The notes below the pieces were generated by a model. That model was not told the origin of the DNA. It searched no databases and was given only the letters and a program-made list of their open reading frames with translations. A DNA stretch of 58,471 bases, the filler included, from Sphacelaria rigidula (taxonomy: Eukaryota), in NCBI GenBank assembly GCA_964200075.2. It is 10 parts of 10 records of this genome, joined end to end, with 100 filler letters (N's around TTAATTAATTAA, not from the genome) between each part and the next. Parts side by side here need not be neighbours in the genome. Positions count along the whole stretch, not along the records: positions 23,431 to 29,187 come from CAXNAA020024682.1; positions 29,288 to 35,044 come from CAXNAA020024683.1; positions 35,145 to 40,901 come from CAXNAA020024684.1; 7 more parts are not named here. One strand, given 5' to 3'. Made by a program: the position numbers and the translations under genes. Positions 24,024-36,598 of this stretch are shown here, one piece after another. Position 1 is the first letter of the stretch. Each line of letters opens with the position of its first letter.

Positions 24024-24466
24024 GTAACAGCGAAGAAAGACGTCAGCGGAAAATGTGTGCACGCAGCGCAGTATCCTGTGCTGCTATTCATCGTTTCCTT
24101 GATTTGAGCGGTTATCATCAAACCATCAAAAATAGGTCCAAAAGACCACAGGGTACCGACTCGAAACAACTCGCAGCATACATACGGTAATAACCTCTAG
24201 AAAAACGGTAAAGCTAGAAGGTTTGTTCACAGCCAACCGTGACGAAGGGAATGCACAGCGTGCCGAATGACGGCCACAAATAGATTCGGTGTGTCCCCCG
24301 CATGCTACAGAAAAAAAATCATCATCCGCCGTACTTCAACCGGACGACCACACTAGCAGTTGATTCTACCCGGTAGCATGTACGATGTGTATCCTCTCTC
24401 CCTACACAAGGCTTTCAAACAGGACGAATGCCCCTCGTTCCCCACCTCATTCCTTGTCACGAGCAG

Positions 24467-24610
24467 GTAGCCAAAAACGCCTCTGCTGCGGCAGAGGGGC
24501 TGTGTACATGGGTGCAGGCCATGAAATTCTACCACGAGGCGTCGAAGATCGTGAAGCCTAAGCTCGAGGCCCTTGCCGTCGCCGAAGGGCAAATGGACGC
24601 CGCCAACAAG
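24467..24610 (+). CDS. Axonemal dynein heavy chain, exon 2 (stalk)
   Basis: gagcag|GTA...AAG|gtcggt, 144 bp. VAKNASAAAEGLCTWVQAMKFYHEASKIVKPK. Confidence 0.92.
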
Positions 24611-25245
24611 GTCGGTACTCTCTCTCTGATTGCTCATTGCTCCAAGACACGATACGAGGGCGGCTGGGAAAGGATACAGTATTCACGGTGTAAAGATCAG
24701 CCCGAAGTGAACAATTTCCATCGACGAGTCGGTCGTACGATCCACGCCGGAGACGGTGGTGGGTTTGCCCAAGGGCAGACAGTGGATTAGCGGGGTTTCA
24801 TGCGGGCGTTGATCTATATGATATGGGCGAAGTCGTAGCCCCCTTTTTGCTGATACATGACGTCTGTTCGCGTGTCGCGGTAGTCAACCAGGATCGCGTA
24901 GACTTTAGTAGAAGGGGGGCGTCAGAGTATCTGAAATGCCATAAGAAGTGTCTGAGCATGATGAAAAAGAGTTGCTACAGTTGCTTCCAACACAGAATTT
25001 GTAATTGGGTGGAGAAAAAATGGTTGTCTGGACCGCAGAGAAAAAATCAAAAGCGATGCATCGTAGGATGTCAGTCAGCGTGATGGGCATACATTTATCC
25101 GCCGCTCAGAAGAAAACGAAGGCCTTGGGCATACCTGACCATCGTGTTTCAAAGGATACCACGTAAGTCTATTTCGGCCGCGGGGAGCGGGGGGGCTGAT
25201 ATGTTCCATTGACTGTGTATTCCTCGTTGTCCTATCCTACCTTAG

Positions 25246-25383
25246 GCGCTGAATGCTGCCGAGATGAGACTCCAGGCGTGCACGGGACGTCTTCAAGAGC
25301 TACAAAGTATGTTCGACAACCAGATGGCGGAGAAGAAGAGAATCGAGGACGGAGCCATGGCTTTGCAACGCAAGATGAACCAG
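25246..25383 (+). CDS. Axonemal dynein heavy chain, exon 3 (stalk coiled coil)
   Basis: ccttag|GCG...CAG|gtgacg, 138 bp. ALNAAEMRLQ...ELQSMFDNQMAEKKRIE...LQRKMNQ. Confidence 0.9.
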
Positions 25384-26012
25384 GTGACGGGCTGGGTGTG
25401 CGTTTGTGTACAACCGCTGAGAACCCTCCAGTTTCCGGTAAAATCTAAACGTTACAGTACTCGTATCACGTCGAGACCAACGAGCCGTTCTTTTTTATAC
25501 ATATATTTCCTTGTATGTACATGGTCTATCGTACTTTTCATTACAATTAACCAGAAAAAATATCCCTGACTTGCGCGTCCTGTAGAGGAGGACAACGCTA
25601 TCTATATGACCCGATTTGAATTTCATAGACGCAGATTTCCCGCCAGTGGCGAGATTCCGATTTCTACGCATGGTGTTGGCTTCCGCACACATTGAAGGTA
25701 TTTTGTGTCTTCAGTTCCCTTGTCCAAAGTCGAGTCGAGACATCATGCACCGAGCTGTTATCTAGATCCACCTTGAGATGAGTCCTTCCTCCGACGCCGC
25801 TCCTTGCTGTAGTGTTACTTCCAGCTTTGGGTAGGTCACTTCACCTCTAAGTATGGAAGCTGGGAAGGCGTGAGAGAGGATACGCCCATTCTTACTCGAT
25901 TCATCTCTGGATCATTCAACGGCGAACGTTTTTTCCTGAGTGCGTTTAGGAAGATCTACACTTGCACCCTTCCACCATTTTTTCTACACCATTTTCCTCG
26001 CGGCGCACGCAG

Positions 26013-26204
26013 GCCTCGATGTTGATTGGCGGCCTGGCGGGCGAGCGAGCCCGTTGGACAGAAGACAGCGAAAAATCTGCGGATTTGAAGCGACGGCTTG
26101 TGGGAGACTGCGCTTTAGGTTCAGCCTTCGTATCTTACTGCGGGCCTTTTAACCAGGAGTTCCGACATCATATGGTCACAGAAAAATTCACGACCGATCT
26201 TCAG
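26013..26204 (+). CDS. Axonemal dynein heavy chain, exon 4
   Basis: acgcag|GCC...CAG|gtgtgt, 192 bp. LIGGLAGERARW...LVGDC...AFVSYCGPFNQEFR. Confidence 0.93.
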
Positions 26205-27220
26205 GTGTGTTTAGTTCGTACACCAACTTTTCTCAGAGCGTGTTTGAGTTTCGTTTTTTTTGGGTACGTCTATCAGGAGACCACGGCTGGACCCCGGGGG
26301 GTCAGTTAGTGTGCGACAATCAATCAATCAATCAATCAAACCAATAATTCTGGCCCACATTTTTTCTTCTGCCTTTCAATTGATGTGTTCCCCATTTGTT
26401 GCGATCTCGGCTGTCGTAATGCGATTTGGAGTATTCTCTTTCAAGAAGCCCTTGTCGACGGATCCAGTCTCTTATCACGGGCTAGGCTGTCAGGTTCACT
26501 TCTGATGCACTTCCCCGCGATTTCCATCTACAACAATTTTCACACGTAGAGTCGCGTGGTATCACCCATGAAGCAACTCCTCGCTGCGAGACCGTCGCGC
26601 CCGCCGCACTCAGTTCGTGCATGCTCGAAATTCTCACCCTGTTTGTTTTGCCGATAAAAACCTGTACAACGTTATGGGAAAAGCTGTGACATGATGCACC
26701 CGCTAACATATGACACCATACACTTCCGTGAATGGAATACAAACATGCTGTACGCACACGGTAAATACCACCCGTAATATCTCTTCACGCCGCTCCGGTT
26801 TCCGTCCGCACTCAACACCGCGCGGCCTATACCAGAGAATCTGCTGCACTCATGCCGAGATCTGCAGCTCCACCAAAATTTTCAACAGCCGGAAAAATAA
26901 TCGCTGGCTCAAGTCACCAAATCTATGATTTCCGAGACCTTACTGCTCGAAACCAAAATTAAAGAAAAAAAAAAGTTAAAAGCGGGTCAAATCCGTCTTT
27001 GAGCAAATTTGGTGCTATTCCACGTGCCTGGGATGCGCGTTCCTTGGGTGCGGCGCAGTGCTGAAAGTAAAGCCCAAGCAATGATTACTGCGCACTGTAC
27101 CAGCCAATTACACTTCAAACATGAACTTTCAAGACGATTCGTTATTTGTTCGCCCAACCGTTGGTATATGTCGGCTCGTTCTGTCGATGACGACATTCTT
27201 CGGTCATGATTGTTAAGCAG

Positions 27221-27363
27221 CTGCGAAAGATTCCGGTGACGCAGAACCTCGACATTATCCCGTTCCTCGTGGACATCGGTACCATCGGAGATTGGAACAT
27301 CGAGGGTCTGCCCACGGACCCTCTCTCGATCCAAAACGGGATCTTAGTCACGCGATCTTCCAG
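27221..27363 (+). CDS. Axonemal dynein heavy chain, exon 5 (AAA5)
   Basis: aagcag|CTG...AG|gtgcga, 143 bp, ends phase 2. IGDWNIEGLPTDPLSIQNGILVTRSS. Confidence 0.93.
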
Positions 27364-28487
27364 GTGCGAAACGCGCGGAAATGGAAATGGGGGATGACTA
27401 CACACTAAAACGAGGGAGAAGGATACGAAGATATTTTTCAGCCAAACATTTCCGTCGTCGTACAACGGTTATCCACGCCTGTGTTATTCAAGCTTCTCGA
27501 TGCGACAAGACTACTGTCTGTGATGTGTATGGATGCGTCTTAAAGCAGTGCATCTGTTAAGGAACACCATGCCAAGGGCAGACGGCTGATTTTCTGGAGA
27601 GTATCGCTTCCGCGACCCCGTTTGTTTCGTTTTGTGTATGGATTGGTGTTGTTTTCTGCACGGGGCCTTTTTTTTCACCTGAAGCCATGCTGCAGGGGCC
27701 GGCCGTTTTTGGTCAGTATTTTTCATGGGGATCGGTTTCCTTCCTTTCCTTCTGCCTGTCCTCTCCTTTCCATTCCTTTCCCTTCTCTGATTTTTTATTT
27801 TGACCCTTCTTTTTTCAGTTTACTCTGTTTGTTTTCGATTTTTTTTTTTTTCTCTCTCTAGAGAGTGTATCTTACGACCACGGCTGGATCATGACTCGGG
27901 GATCAGGTCATGCGCGACAGTCAATCAACCGGATCAACCAATCGAATTTATTTGGCAGTATTGCTCGGATGAAGGAAGGGGAGAGAGCAGTCGACCCCTT
28001 GTCCTCCCTAGACCGGGGTTGCCCGCAAACGATACGAACCTAGAAGCACCGGTGATGCAGATGCCAACTATTTTGAGGCGGGCGAAGAAACGCACAATCA
28101 CGCCGCTAGAATATGTTTTCGATGTACATTTTTATGTCGCACAGGACTAGGAAGCAATACCATTAGGTTGTCATGAGCCCGGGCGCCTCCCCGTGAAACG
28201 TCAAACACCAGACGCTGGACGATATACATGCCACCAAAGCAATACTTTCGAGCCTCCATCCCCACCGGGATAGTGTAGGGATGCGAGGGAAGCCAATGGT
28301 CCTATGACTACGGCATACAAGTTCGTGAGTACACCCCTTCCACCTCCCCCTGGGGGCAATGTATGGAAGAAGCGTAATGAGCCCCCAAATGTTGGAGGTA
28401 TCTGTATTAGGAGTAGGAGCAGTTCTCCTTCTCGAAAGGGATGCATGTTCAATGGTCAAACATCTTAGGAAATAAGAAATGAGTACG

Positions 28488-28581
28488 AGTGCGAGCCTGG
28501 TCCGGCGAAAACCCGGCGTGTTCCGTCCCGGCTTTGTAGTGATGCGAGGTCGATGGTCTTATGACTGTGGCATGCATGATC
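28488..28581. mobile_element. 94-bp retroposon fragment with 9-bp TSD, nested in a LINE tail
   Basis: ATGAGTACG is duplicated at 28479-28487 and 28582-28590. The insert is a reverse-complement homolog of ~15592-15665. Confidence 0.75.
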
Positions 28582-28617
28582 ATGAGTACGCCCCCCCTCC
28601 CCTCGGGGAACCTGCAG

Positions 28618-28778
28618 GTACCCACTGATGATCGATCCACAAGGTCAGGCGGTGAGCTGGATCCGAAGGAGGGAGTCTGCTAATCTTCCTCCATTCGGCG
28701 TGGCGGCGTTAAATGACCCCAAGCTCCGGGACAAGCTGGAGTTTACCATGGGCGACGGGAAGGCGTTGATAGTTTTGG
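28618..28778 (+). CDS. Axonemal dynein heavy chain, exon 6 (AAA5)
   Basis: ctgcag|G TAC...G|gtcagt. Splicing to exon 5 restores RSSRYPLMIDPQGQA. Confidence 0.92.
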
Positions 28779-29287
28779 GTCAGTTACCCCCAAGGAACGA
28801 CTTTCTCAGTGCACTAGGATCGTAGCACTCTTTTGATATGAACGCTCGGCTTTAAACTTATGATGTTCGTGATATGTGCCATATCTCAATAAGTGGATCA
28901 TTGTTCGTACCGCCTGCGCAGTTTGTGCGGTAATGTAGTAGTGTTGGCCCGTCTTCGGCAGTATTGGTATTGGTCTACGGGGGAACCCGTGCCAGGGAGT
29001 ACGGCAAGTGCTGTAGAAGCATGTTAACATCGAGATGTCGCTTTCTTGGGGTTACCTTTTTTTTCTTTTTTATCCTCACGCTTTGAACTCCTCCCCTTCG
29101 TCGGGATGAGTCCGTGGTCTCAAGGGATCAATCTATCTCTCCCCCGGTACGCGCCGTTCATTTTGGTCTCGCGGATTGGGTCAGCACNNNNNNNNNNNNN
29201 NNNNNNNNNNNNNNNNNNNNNNNNNNNNNNNTTAATTAATTAANNNNNNNNNNNNNNNNNNNNNNNNNNNNNNNNNNNNNNNNNNNN

Positions 29288-32200
29288 CCCCGCACTTGTC
29301 CTCCGCCATTCCATACAGTACAGTTTCCGCTTGAGCCCTTGCCTGAACCCTCGCCATCGCGCGGGAGAAAATTTCGTTTCTTTCTCACGCCAGCGTTTTC
29401 TCCAGTTCCTCTACCGCCGATGCTAGCTCGTTCCGGTCGGCTGCCGCTCTCGTCGCACTGCGCGTGCGACCTGCCATTTCTGGGGGCAGAGACAATTCAT
29501 CGTCGAGTGCAAGACGGCGTAGCTCCGTCCTTGGGATTTCGGGAGCTCTACCGCCCCCCCCGTCGTTGCGCTCGGGGGTGTCTACGGTTGTCGGTGTTGT
29601 TGTTGTCGACGTTGTCGGCGGCGTTGTTTCTGTCGGCGTTTGCGGCGGCGATGTTGCTGTCGGCGGCGATGTAGCTGTCGGCGGCGGTGTTGCTGTCGGC
29701 GGCGACGTGACTGTCGGCGGCGACGTAGCTGTCGGCGGCGATGTGGCGGTCGGCGGCGATGTGGGTGGCGCTGATCCCCCGTCATCAATGAGATGTCGGA
29801 CAGGGTTGCGTAAGATCCCGCGCCCCCCCCCGCTTCTGCAAGGAAGCGGCGAGGTCATCTCACCCCCCCCCGCCAACAGTGGGGGTCTGTTGTGCCGCTT
29901 CTGCGTCCAGCTCTGGGTTGGGGAGCAAGAACGACGCGTGACATGAACCGCAGGGTGAAGCACGCGCCGCCGGAGTTTGCCGTTCAGCGGACTCGCTGCC
30001 GGCCGTCCCTCCCTCGATCTTGTCGTCCCTTGCTCCGTCGGGCGTCGGGATCGCTTGCTGTGGGGCGGGGAGAGGAGTAGGGGGGACATACACCCATATT
30101 ACGTGCCTGGTCGTAATAGTTCGTCCTGTTTTCATCATCACTCTCATAGCATCGCGCGGGTATCCTGGGGCTGGGCTAAGATACCAGCACCTCTGAGCTT
30201 TTCGATGTAACTTGTCTGTCCTGTGAACCCTACAAAATCCAGGCTTTCGAAAAGGAAGAAGGTTGTTTTCCGGTGGTACTCCGTGCCACATTTCGTGTGG
30301 TGTCTTGTTTCCCGGGTTAGCCGAGGTCGCAGTACAGTTCACAGCATGGCATACTCAGTTAGCTTGTTCCGCCCGCAGATTCTAGCTAGTTGGGATATTC
30401 TGGTTCGGGTACATCTCCGATGCCTGAATTTTGGCTGCAAGGCCGGCCGACTCTATGATGCCAATTGCCCGCTCCGCTACGCCGTTGAACTGTGGGGAGT
30501 CAGCATCCGTTTTCTCTTGCTTTATTTTCTCTCTATCACATAGCTCCTCGAACGCCTCCTCCGAAAATTCACCTCCATCATCACTGCGGACCTTCTCGAT
30601 TTTTCGCAGGTGGACTTCTGCGATGTACTTACTAAAGTATTGTACGGACTCGTCCTTTGTGCGCAGAAAAACAATCTAGTGTGCCGCGAGCAATCATCGT
30701 GTACTATCATCATGTACGACTTTCTTCCCCGAGATCTAACTGGTTTTGGGCCTGTGAGATCAACAAACACTCTGGAAGCTGGCTCAATTGCTCGTGTATG
30801 GGTCGATCTTGGGATGGGCTGCCGAAGTCCCTTTTCCTCCGAGCATCTTCGGCACGGTCTCAACCCGCCGCGCAGCTCCACTCCGAGCTGCTTTGCAGTC
30901 CACCGGAGCAGGTCCTCGTGAACATGTGCGTGTTTGCAATGGGAATCATTTACGTCTCCAACTTGGGGGTTGGGAAGTTTCCCCGGGGCAATCACAGCGC
31001 ATGCTGTCGCATGCTTGTCATGGCCTTGTGGATAAATGAGTTGGGCGTACATTATCAATTGTCTGTGCTGACCGGGGATTTTCAGGTTATTGCCTGACTT
31101 TAACTCAACCTGGAAGCCGTTACTAGACCCAATGTAGGTGTGACCCGCGTTGGACATCATTGTCAGTGACAACATATGGTGACGGACACAAGGTGCGTGG
31201 TCTACATTTTTCAAATGCACGACTATATCGCGTCCGTCAGATCGTGCAGATAGAGCCAAGTTTCCTCTTCCCACGATCGGGTAGGCACCACCGCCCGCAC
31301 ACCGTAGTACCCTTCCACTGCATTTTCTATAATCCGCCATGTTACTCGAATCAGGAGAAAAATGCGAAGTGGCCTCCGTATCAAGTACCCACGGTTCGCC
31401 CCCATCTGACTGCTCTACATCCGCCTTCCCAGTTTCAAACGCATACTCGCCTGTGTTGAACTCATCTACCGTCATGTCGAGGCTGGTGAAACCTTCTGCA
31501 TCAGCATCCGAACAGACGGAGTCGTCGTCCACCACGTCTTCCACCACGCCCATCACAACCGCCGCGTCCTCCACAGTCGCCGCGTCCTCCACAGTGCTCT
31601 GACAGTCAATCAAACTATGTCCTCTTTTCCCGCACCTTACACAACGCCTGTCTGGACAGTCTCTCGCCCGATGTGTGGTCATAGTCTGACAAACGTGGCC
31701 CCTCCACGGCGTCGCAACCCCCGACTGGCTCGTTGACGATAAAGCCGGCGACTGTTTGTTTTTGCCCTGCCCCCCATCACCTGCGCGGCCTGGGTTCTGG
31801 GTCTTCCCCGGTTTACCTTTCCGGTGTGAACCGTCAGGTTTGCCGGGATGGCCCTTGACAGCAAGGGCCTGGTCGCCCGGGGAAGCCTTCTTCCCCTTGG
31901 CGAGTTCCTGCTTGAAAACTGCCGATTCGAAACGTTTTCGAACCGACGTCACTACGACTTCTCTCGTGAGTGGACCTTCGCGCTCCTCTGACGCCTGTTT
32001 TTGGTAGTTATACTCGCAAGGAAGCGCATTGACAAATTTGAGGAGGGTTCGCGCTTCCGTCAGGATGATGTTGATGTCGTGTGATAGCACCTCTCTCGCC
32101 ACCTCTTCCATCTCGATTAGTTTTTGAACAGGATCATCGCGAACTCTAATCTTCACGTGATCATACTTTTCTAGAAGAGCTAATCTAGCTCCGTTGGTCT

Positions 32201-32990
32201 TAGGGCTGTAGAAATCATTCAACTCGCGCCACACGGCTGCAGGAGACGGAATTCGGAACAAAACATCCCGGTCCCGCTTATGTTCGAGACTCGCCACCAA
32301 CATACGGGCCTCGCTCTCACGTTTGCAGCTACAGTGCGTTTTCCGTGCCTTGCTTCAAGATAACTTGAGGATAATGCCTTGTTTCCCACCTCCACATCGT
32401 ATGCCCTATCTTCTGATATAGTAAACACCCAATCAACTCCTTCGCTCCTAGCAAACATGATTAGTTCGTGACTGTAGTAGTTGAACTCTGAACTCTTCCC
32501 AGAGAACTTAGGTACAGTTGCCTTCAAAACCGGGACCCTGGAAATATTTTGGACACCTGATCGATCGTGACCAAACACTGCGACGGACTCACTTGCGGGG
32601 TCTAAACCCCTTGCTCCGTCGCTTGCTGTCCTGTGGTCGCTCCCGCTCGGAGCTCCCTGCTCGTCCTCGCGGCTGCGTCTTCGCCCGTGAGGTGTGCTGT
32701 GGCTGGCTGAGTTGTCAGCCTGGTGTTGTTGTGTTGCTTGATTTTCTTCGCTTTCGACGACGCCACTCCACCTCGCGCCTCCGGACTCTCTATCTTCGAT
32801 GCCATCTACTCTACCCTGCATTACAGTTTGTGTAGATTGTACATATCTAACCATCTCTGTCGGTGTGCTAAACTGACCACTGAACAGACTTTTCATACTT
32901 TCAAGCTGACTCGTGAGCCCACAAATAATCTTTCTTCTGAACACGGAGCGTTACCATCGTTCCTAGCCATACTTGCCCAATCGATTTATC
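29288..32990 (-). mobile_element. Ty1/copia gag-protease-integrase region, frameshifted and truncated at the contig end
   Basis: ORF pieces 32219-32944, 30522-32303, 29860-30342, 29385-30089. Gag PKFSG, knuckle CVRCGKRGHSLIDC, protease WVLDTEATSHF, HHCC-type H...H...C..C, integrase RVFVDLTGP...YMMIVHDD and TPHEMWHG. Confidence 0.95.
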
Positions 32991-33023
32991 ACTAGTGTGT
33001 TCCTTGGCTCAGGCACAGGGTAA

Positions 33024-33252
33024 TGGTTTCAGATATTTTATTTAAGAGCACCCAAGTTCTACTATAACTTCGGAGAGTGCTGATGAGATGGAAGGTAGAT
33101 GAATGAGAATGATCAAGGGTGGCGGGCTGTTCCGCTGCTCTCAGCCGTACTGTACCACACTTGCACACACTTGACTGTCGGTACTCGTACGTCACCCCGA
33201 CCCCCGGTTCTACGTAGATCCAGCGTTACTGGGTATCTGAATCACTCGAACA
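33024..33252 (-). repeat. 229-bp LTR (TG...CA) preceded by a polypurine tract
   Basis: The minus strand reads AGGGGGAG (33260-33253) then TGTTCGAG...GAAACCA. Homologous to 3277-3505. Confidence 0.92.
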
Positions 33253-33558
33253 CTCCCCCTGATCGGATACCTCAGCACTCAAAGCTCAAAAAAAAATCAC
33301 CGAGGAAACTCGGCCTTCCGAGCAAAAACCCCTCACCACACAAACTCAACCGCTTGTGTTCAAAACAAACAGCCCTTTTTCGCAGACGCCCAGGCCAGGG
33401 CACCTGCACTTGACAACGGGAAACACCTTACAAACCCATGCCCCACAAAGTATCGTGGGCGGCTTCACCCGATGTAAGTGCAGATGCATTACGGAAACCA
33501 CGGCCTGAGACATCTAGAGCTGACAAATCGAAAGACACACACAAAACAAAAGATGTGT

Positions 33559-35044
33559 CTACTCCCTGTCCCCAGTGTTCACCAAGGCGCGACGGTGCCT
33601 GTTGAACAGCGTGAATGAGAGCGGCTTTGTATGGATATCAGCGTGTTTCCACTCCAAATCCACATGTACAATCCTTACTGCTCCCGTCCTAACCAAGTCC
33701 CTAATAAAATGCCACGTCACGTCGATATGCTTACTACGACCTGAGCTGAGAGGATTGTCGGCTAGAGCCTTAGCTCCCTCATTGTCTTCATAGAGAACGA
33801 TATCGTACTCTACTTGTCGTCCCAACACAACCCTTGGTCGTAGGAAAGACAGTACCGACCTGAAAAACATGCATTCCTTCGCCCCTTCTGCCATAGCTAC
33901 GTACTCGGCTTCGGTAGTTGACAGGGTAACGCAGTGTTGCGTTCGACTAGTACTTGATACTGCTATCCCCCCGCACATGACCGCTACCCCGGAAACTGAA
34001 CGCCGGTCCGTATCTTTCTTAGCGTAGTCAGCGTCACAATAGACTGTGGGACTACTTTCCCCTGAACTAAAAGTCAGACCGTAATTTCTGGTCGTGTTGA
34101 GGTACGCCAAAACTTTCAACACCCCTCGCCAGTGTCTTTCACATGAGTAATGTGATTGTCGGGCCAGGTCTCGGGCTTCATGTGCTATGTCAGACCTGCT
34201 TATCATAGCCAACCACATCAACCCTCCCACGGCACTCCAGTATGGTCTATCTGAAACCTTGTCACCTTGCTTCACCTGTCCCAAGTCTGCAAATACTGAT
34301 GCTGGAATATCAGAAAATTCCGTCACCTCGAAACGCTTCAGCATGGCGCCGACAAGGGTCGTTTGATTCACGTACATGGTACCTCCTTTCCAATTCCTCT
34401 CTATGGCACACCCCATATACCACTGAACTTCACCTAAGTTGTTCGTCGGGAATCTGTTATTTAGGATATTAGATACCCTCTGTACTCTTTTCGTTTCTCC
34501 CCCAATTAGAATGTCGTCAACATGCACAACAAGTATGGCACACACTTCCCCCCCTTCCTCCAGTTTGTATACACACGGGTCAGCCTTACTTTGCGGCATT
34601 CCTACATCCTCTATCAGTGTTTTGTTCAGGAGAAGGGACCATTGTCTCCCTGCTTGTTTGACGCCGTGTATAGATTTTTCTAGCCTAACCGTGCTACCTG
34701 TCAAGGGGCCACACCCTTCTGGGAGCTTCATGAACACGTTCGTGTCCATTTTGGCTAGTAAGAAAGCCTGGATAACGTCGAAGTGATACAGTGGCCATCC
34801 TCTCTGTACTGCCACGGCAATGACCAATTTTATTGATGTCATGGCCGGGGTGGCTGCAAACGTCTCAAAATAATCCACCGCATATCTCTGGCCAAACCCA
34901 CGCGCCACTAATCTAGCCTTAGCTTTAGTTATAGCACCATTAGCGTCGGGTTTCCAAGTGAACACCCATTTGGCTGTGATTATGTTTACTCCTTTTGGAA
35001 TTTCTCCTTTGAGAATGTACCTGCGGTTTCATGCCCATTCAGTT
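33559..35044 (-). mobile_element. Ty1/copia reverse transcriptase-RNaseH
   Basis: 468-aa ORF with KARLVARGF, HFDV..AFL, GVKQAGRQW, LVVHVDDILI, YCDADYA, LSTTEAEYVA, EDNEGA, KHIDV, ADIHTKPL. A frameshift near 35005 separates the upstream LNGHETAGTF. Confidence 0.97.
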
Positions 35045-36530
35045 NNNNNNNNNNNNNNNNNNNNNNNNNNNNNNNNNNNNNNNNNNNNTTAATTAATTAA
35101 NNNNNNNNNNNNNNNNNNNNNNNNNNNNNNNNNNNNNNNNNNNNGTTGCGGGACTTCTTTGGTTCAAACTCTCCCGCTTCTCTTCGGCAAATGGGCAACT
35201 GAACATATTTTTACTAAGTCGTCATGAGCAGACGTGGGCAGCGCGCGCCGCGCGAGTGGCAGAGCGCAACTAGAACCCCTCACCAGCATCCCCCGCCCCT
35301 ACACAACACATCCGACGATAACGGTTGTCTGGGGAAAGTGTGCGGCGTCGTACAACTTGACATCGCCATCTTGAACATGGTTTTATTTCAGCCCCTAGCC
35401 GCCATGCCGCTACTAATAACTGCTGGAATTTTCATATGGAACTCGTCCGCGGTAAAATACTGCTATTTTCCAGCACGCGACTTATTTCTTACTGGTACAG
35501 CACGGTAAAATACTGTATTTCTTTCATTTTTTTTCACCGGCGTAGCCGGCGCGTGCCTCTCTTTTACTCACACGTAGATACGTGAACTTGATTTTCCGAA
35601 CTATTTCTAGCAGACGTCACCCAGGGGCGCCTCTCGGCAGACCACAACCAGCACCCCTCAACACTGTCCACCCCTCCACAACACGGATACAACGGTTTTG
35701 GTAGTCTAGCGAAGCTGCTGCGCAGATTTGAGCTAGCACGCGTGCTGAGCACGCTGGGCGAGCCTACAGGACAACGAGCCTTAAAACGAAGATCGTAATA
35801 CGATGGCTCAGAGTAAAAAAAAATTTGAAAGCCGGGTTTTGGGGGAGGAAGCTCCTGGTATCCGCTGTACCAGCCGTCACGTATCGAACTCGTTCGGGGA
35901 AATACTGAATGCTGGTATCGTTTCAGCTTCCATGCCGTTAACCTTCGACGGATTGCTGCTATAATAGCAGTAATCACTTCTTCAATATGATCACGTCCTC
36001 AAATATGATTGCTAGTGAATACACATATACTGCAGTGACGACGATCCACTTCACTGAGCGCCGCGGCTTCAGTCGTAGGCCCGATGCTTGGTAGGAATTT
36101 GTCGTGTACATCAGTACATGTCCAACACACAAACGTGACATATTGATTTGCCTTTCAAACACGAAGATAAAACCACGTGGGATGAAACTCACCTCGTTGT
36201 GAATGTAGGACGTGAGGTACAGCTTCGATAGTGGCGTTTCCAGGATCCTGTGCGCCTGATAGTGCAAGCAAATCGCAGTGGCTGAAGCGTTGGGAATCGA
36301 TTGGCTACAGCGACATGGGCGGTAAACAAATAAAAGATTTTGGGCATGTTGCACTTCTACCACGGCACGACACGTAGCTACGTTCAGTATACTGTAGCGA
36401 ATACTGTAGTACTGTCTGGTCACGAAGTGGACAACGAGACACATGAAAACTTCACGACGACGAGGGCACGCTAGGGGGTGGAGAGTAACGCAGTAAGTAC
36501 TACATGCATTTTCATTCAGTGCGATAGAGA

Positions 36531-36598
36531 GCAGCACAGCACAGCACAGCACAGCACAGTACAGTACAGTACAGTACAGTACAGTACAGTACAGTACA
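36531..36598. repeat. (CAGCA)n(CAGTA)n pentanucleotide microsatellite
   Basis: Directly visible; extends spurious ORFs on both strands. Confidence 0.95.
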
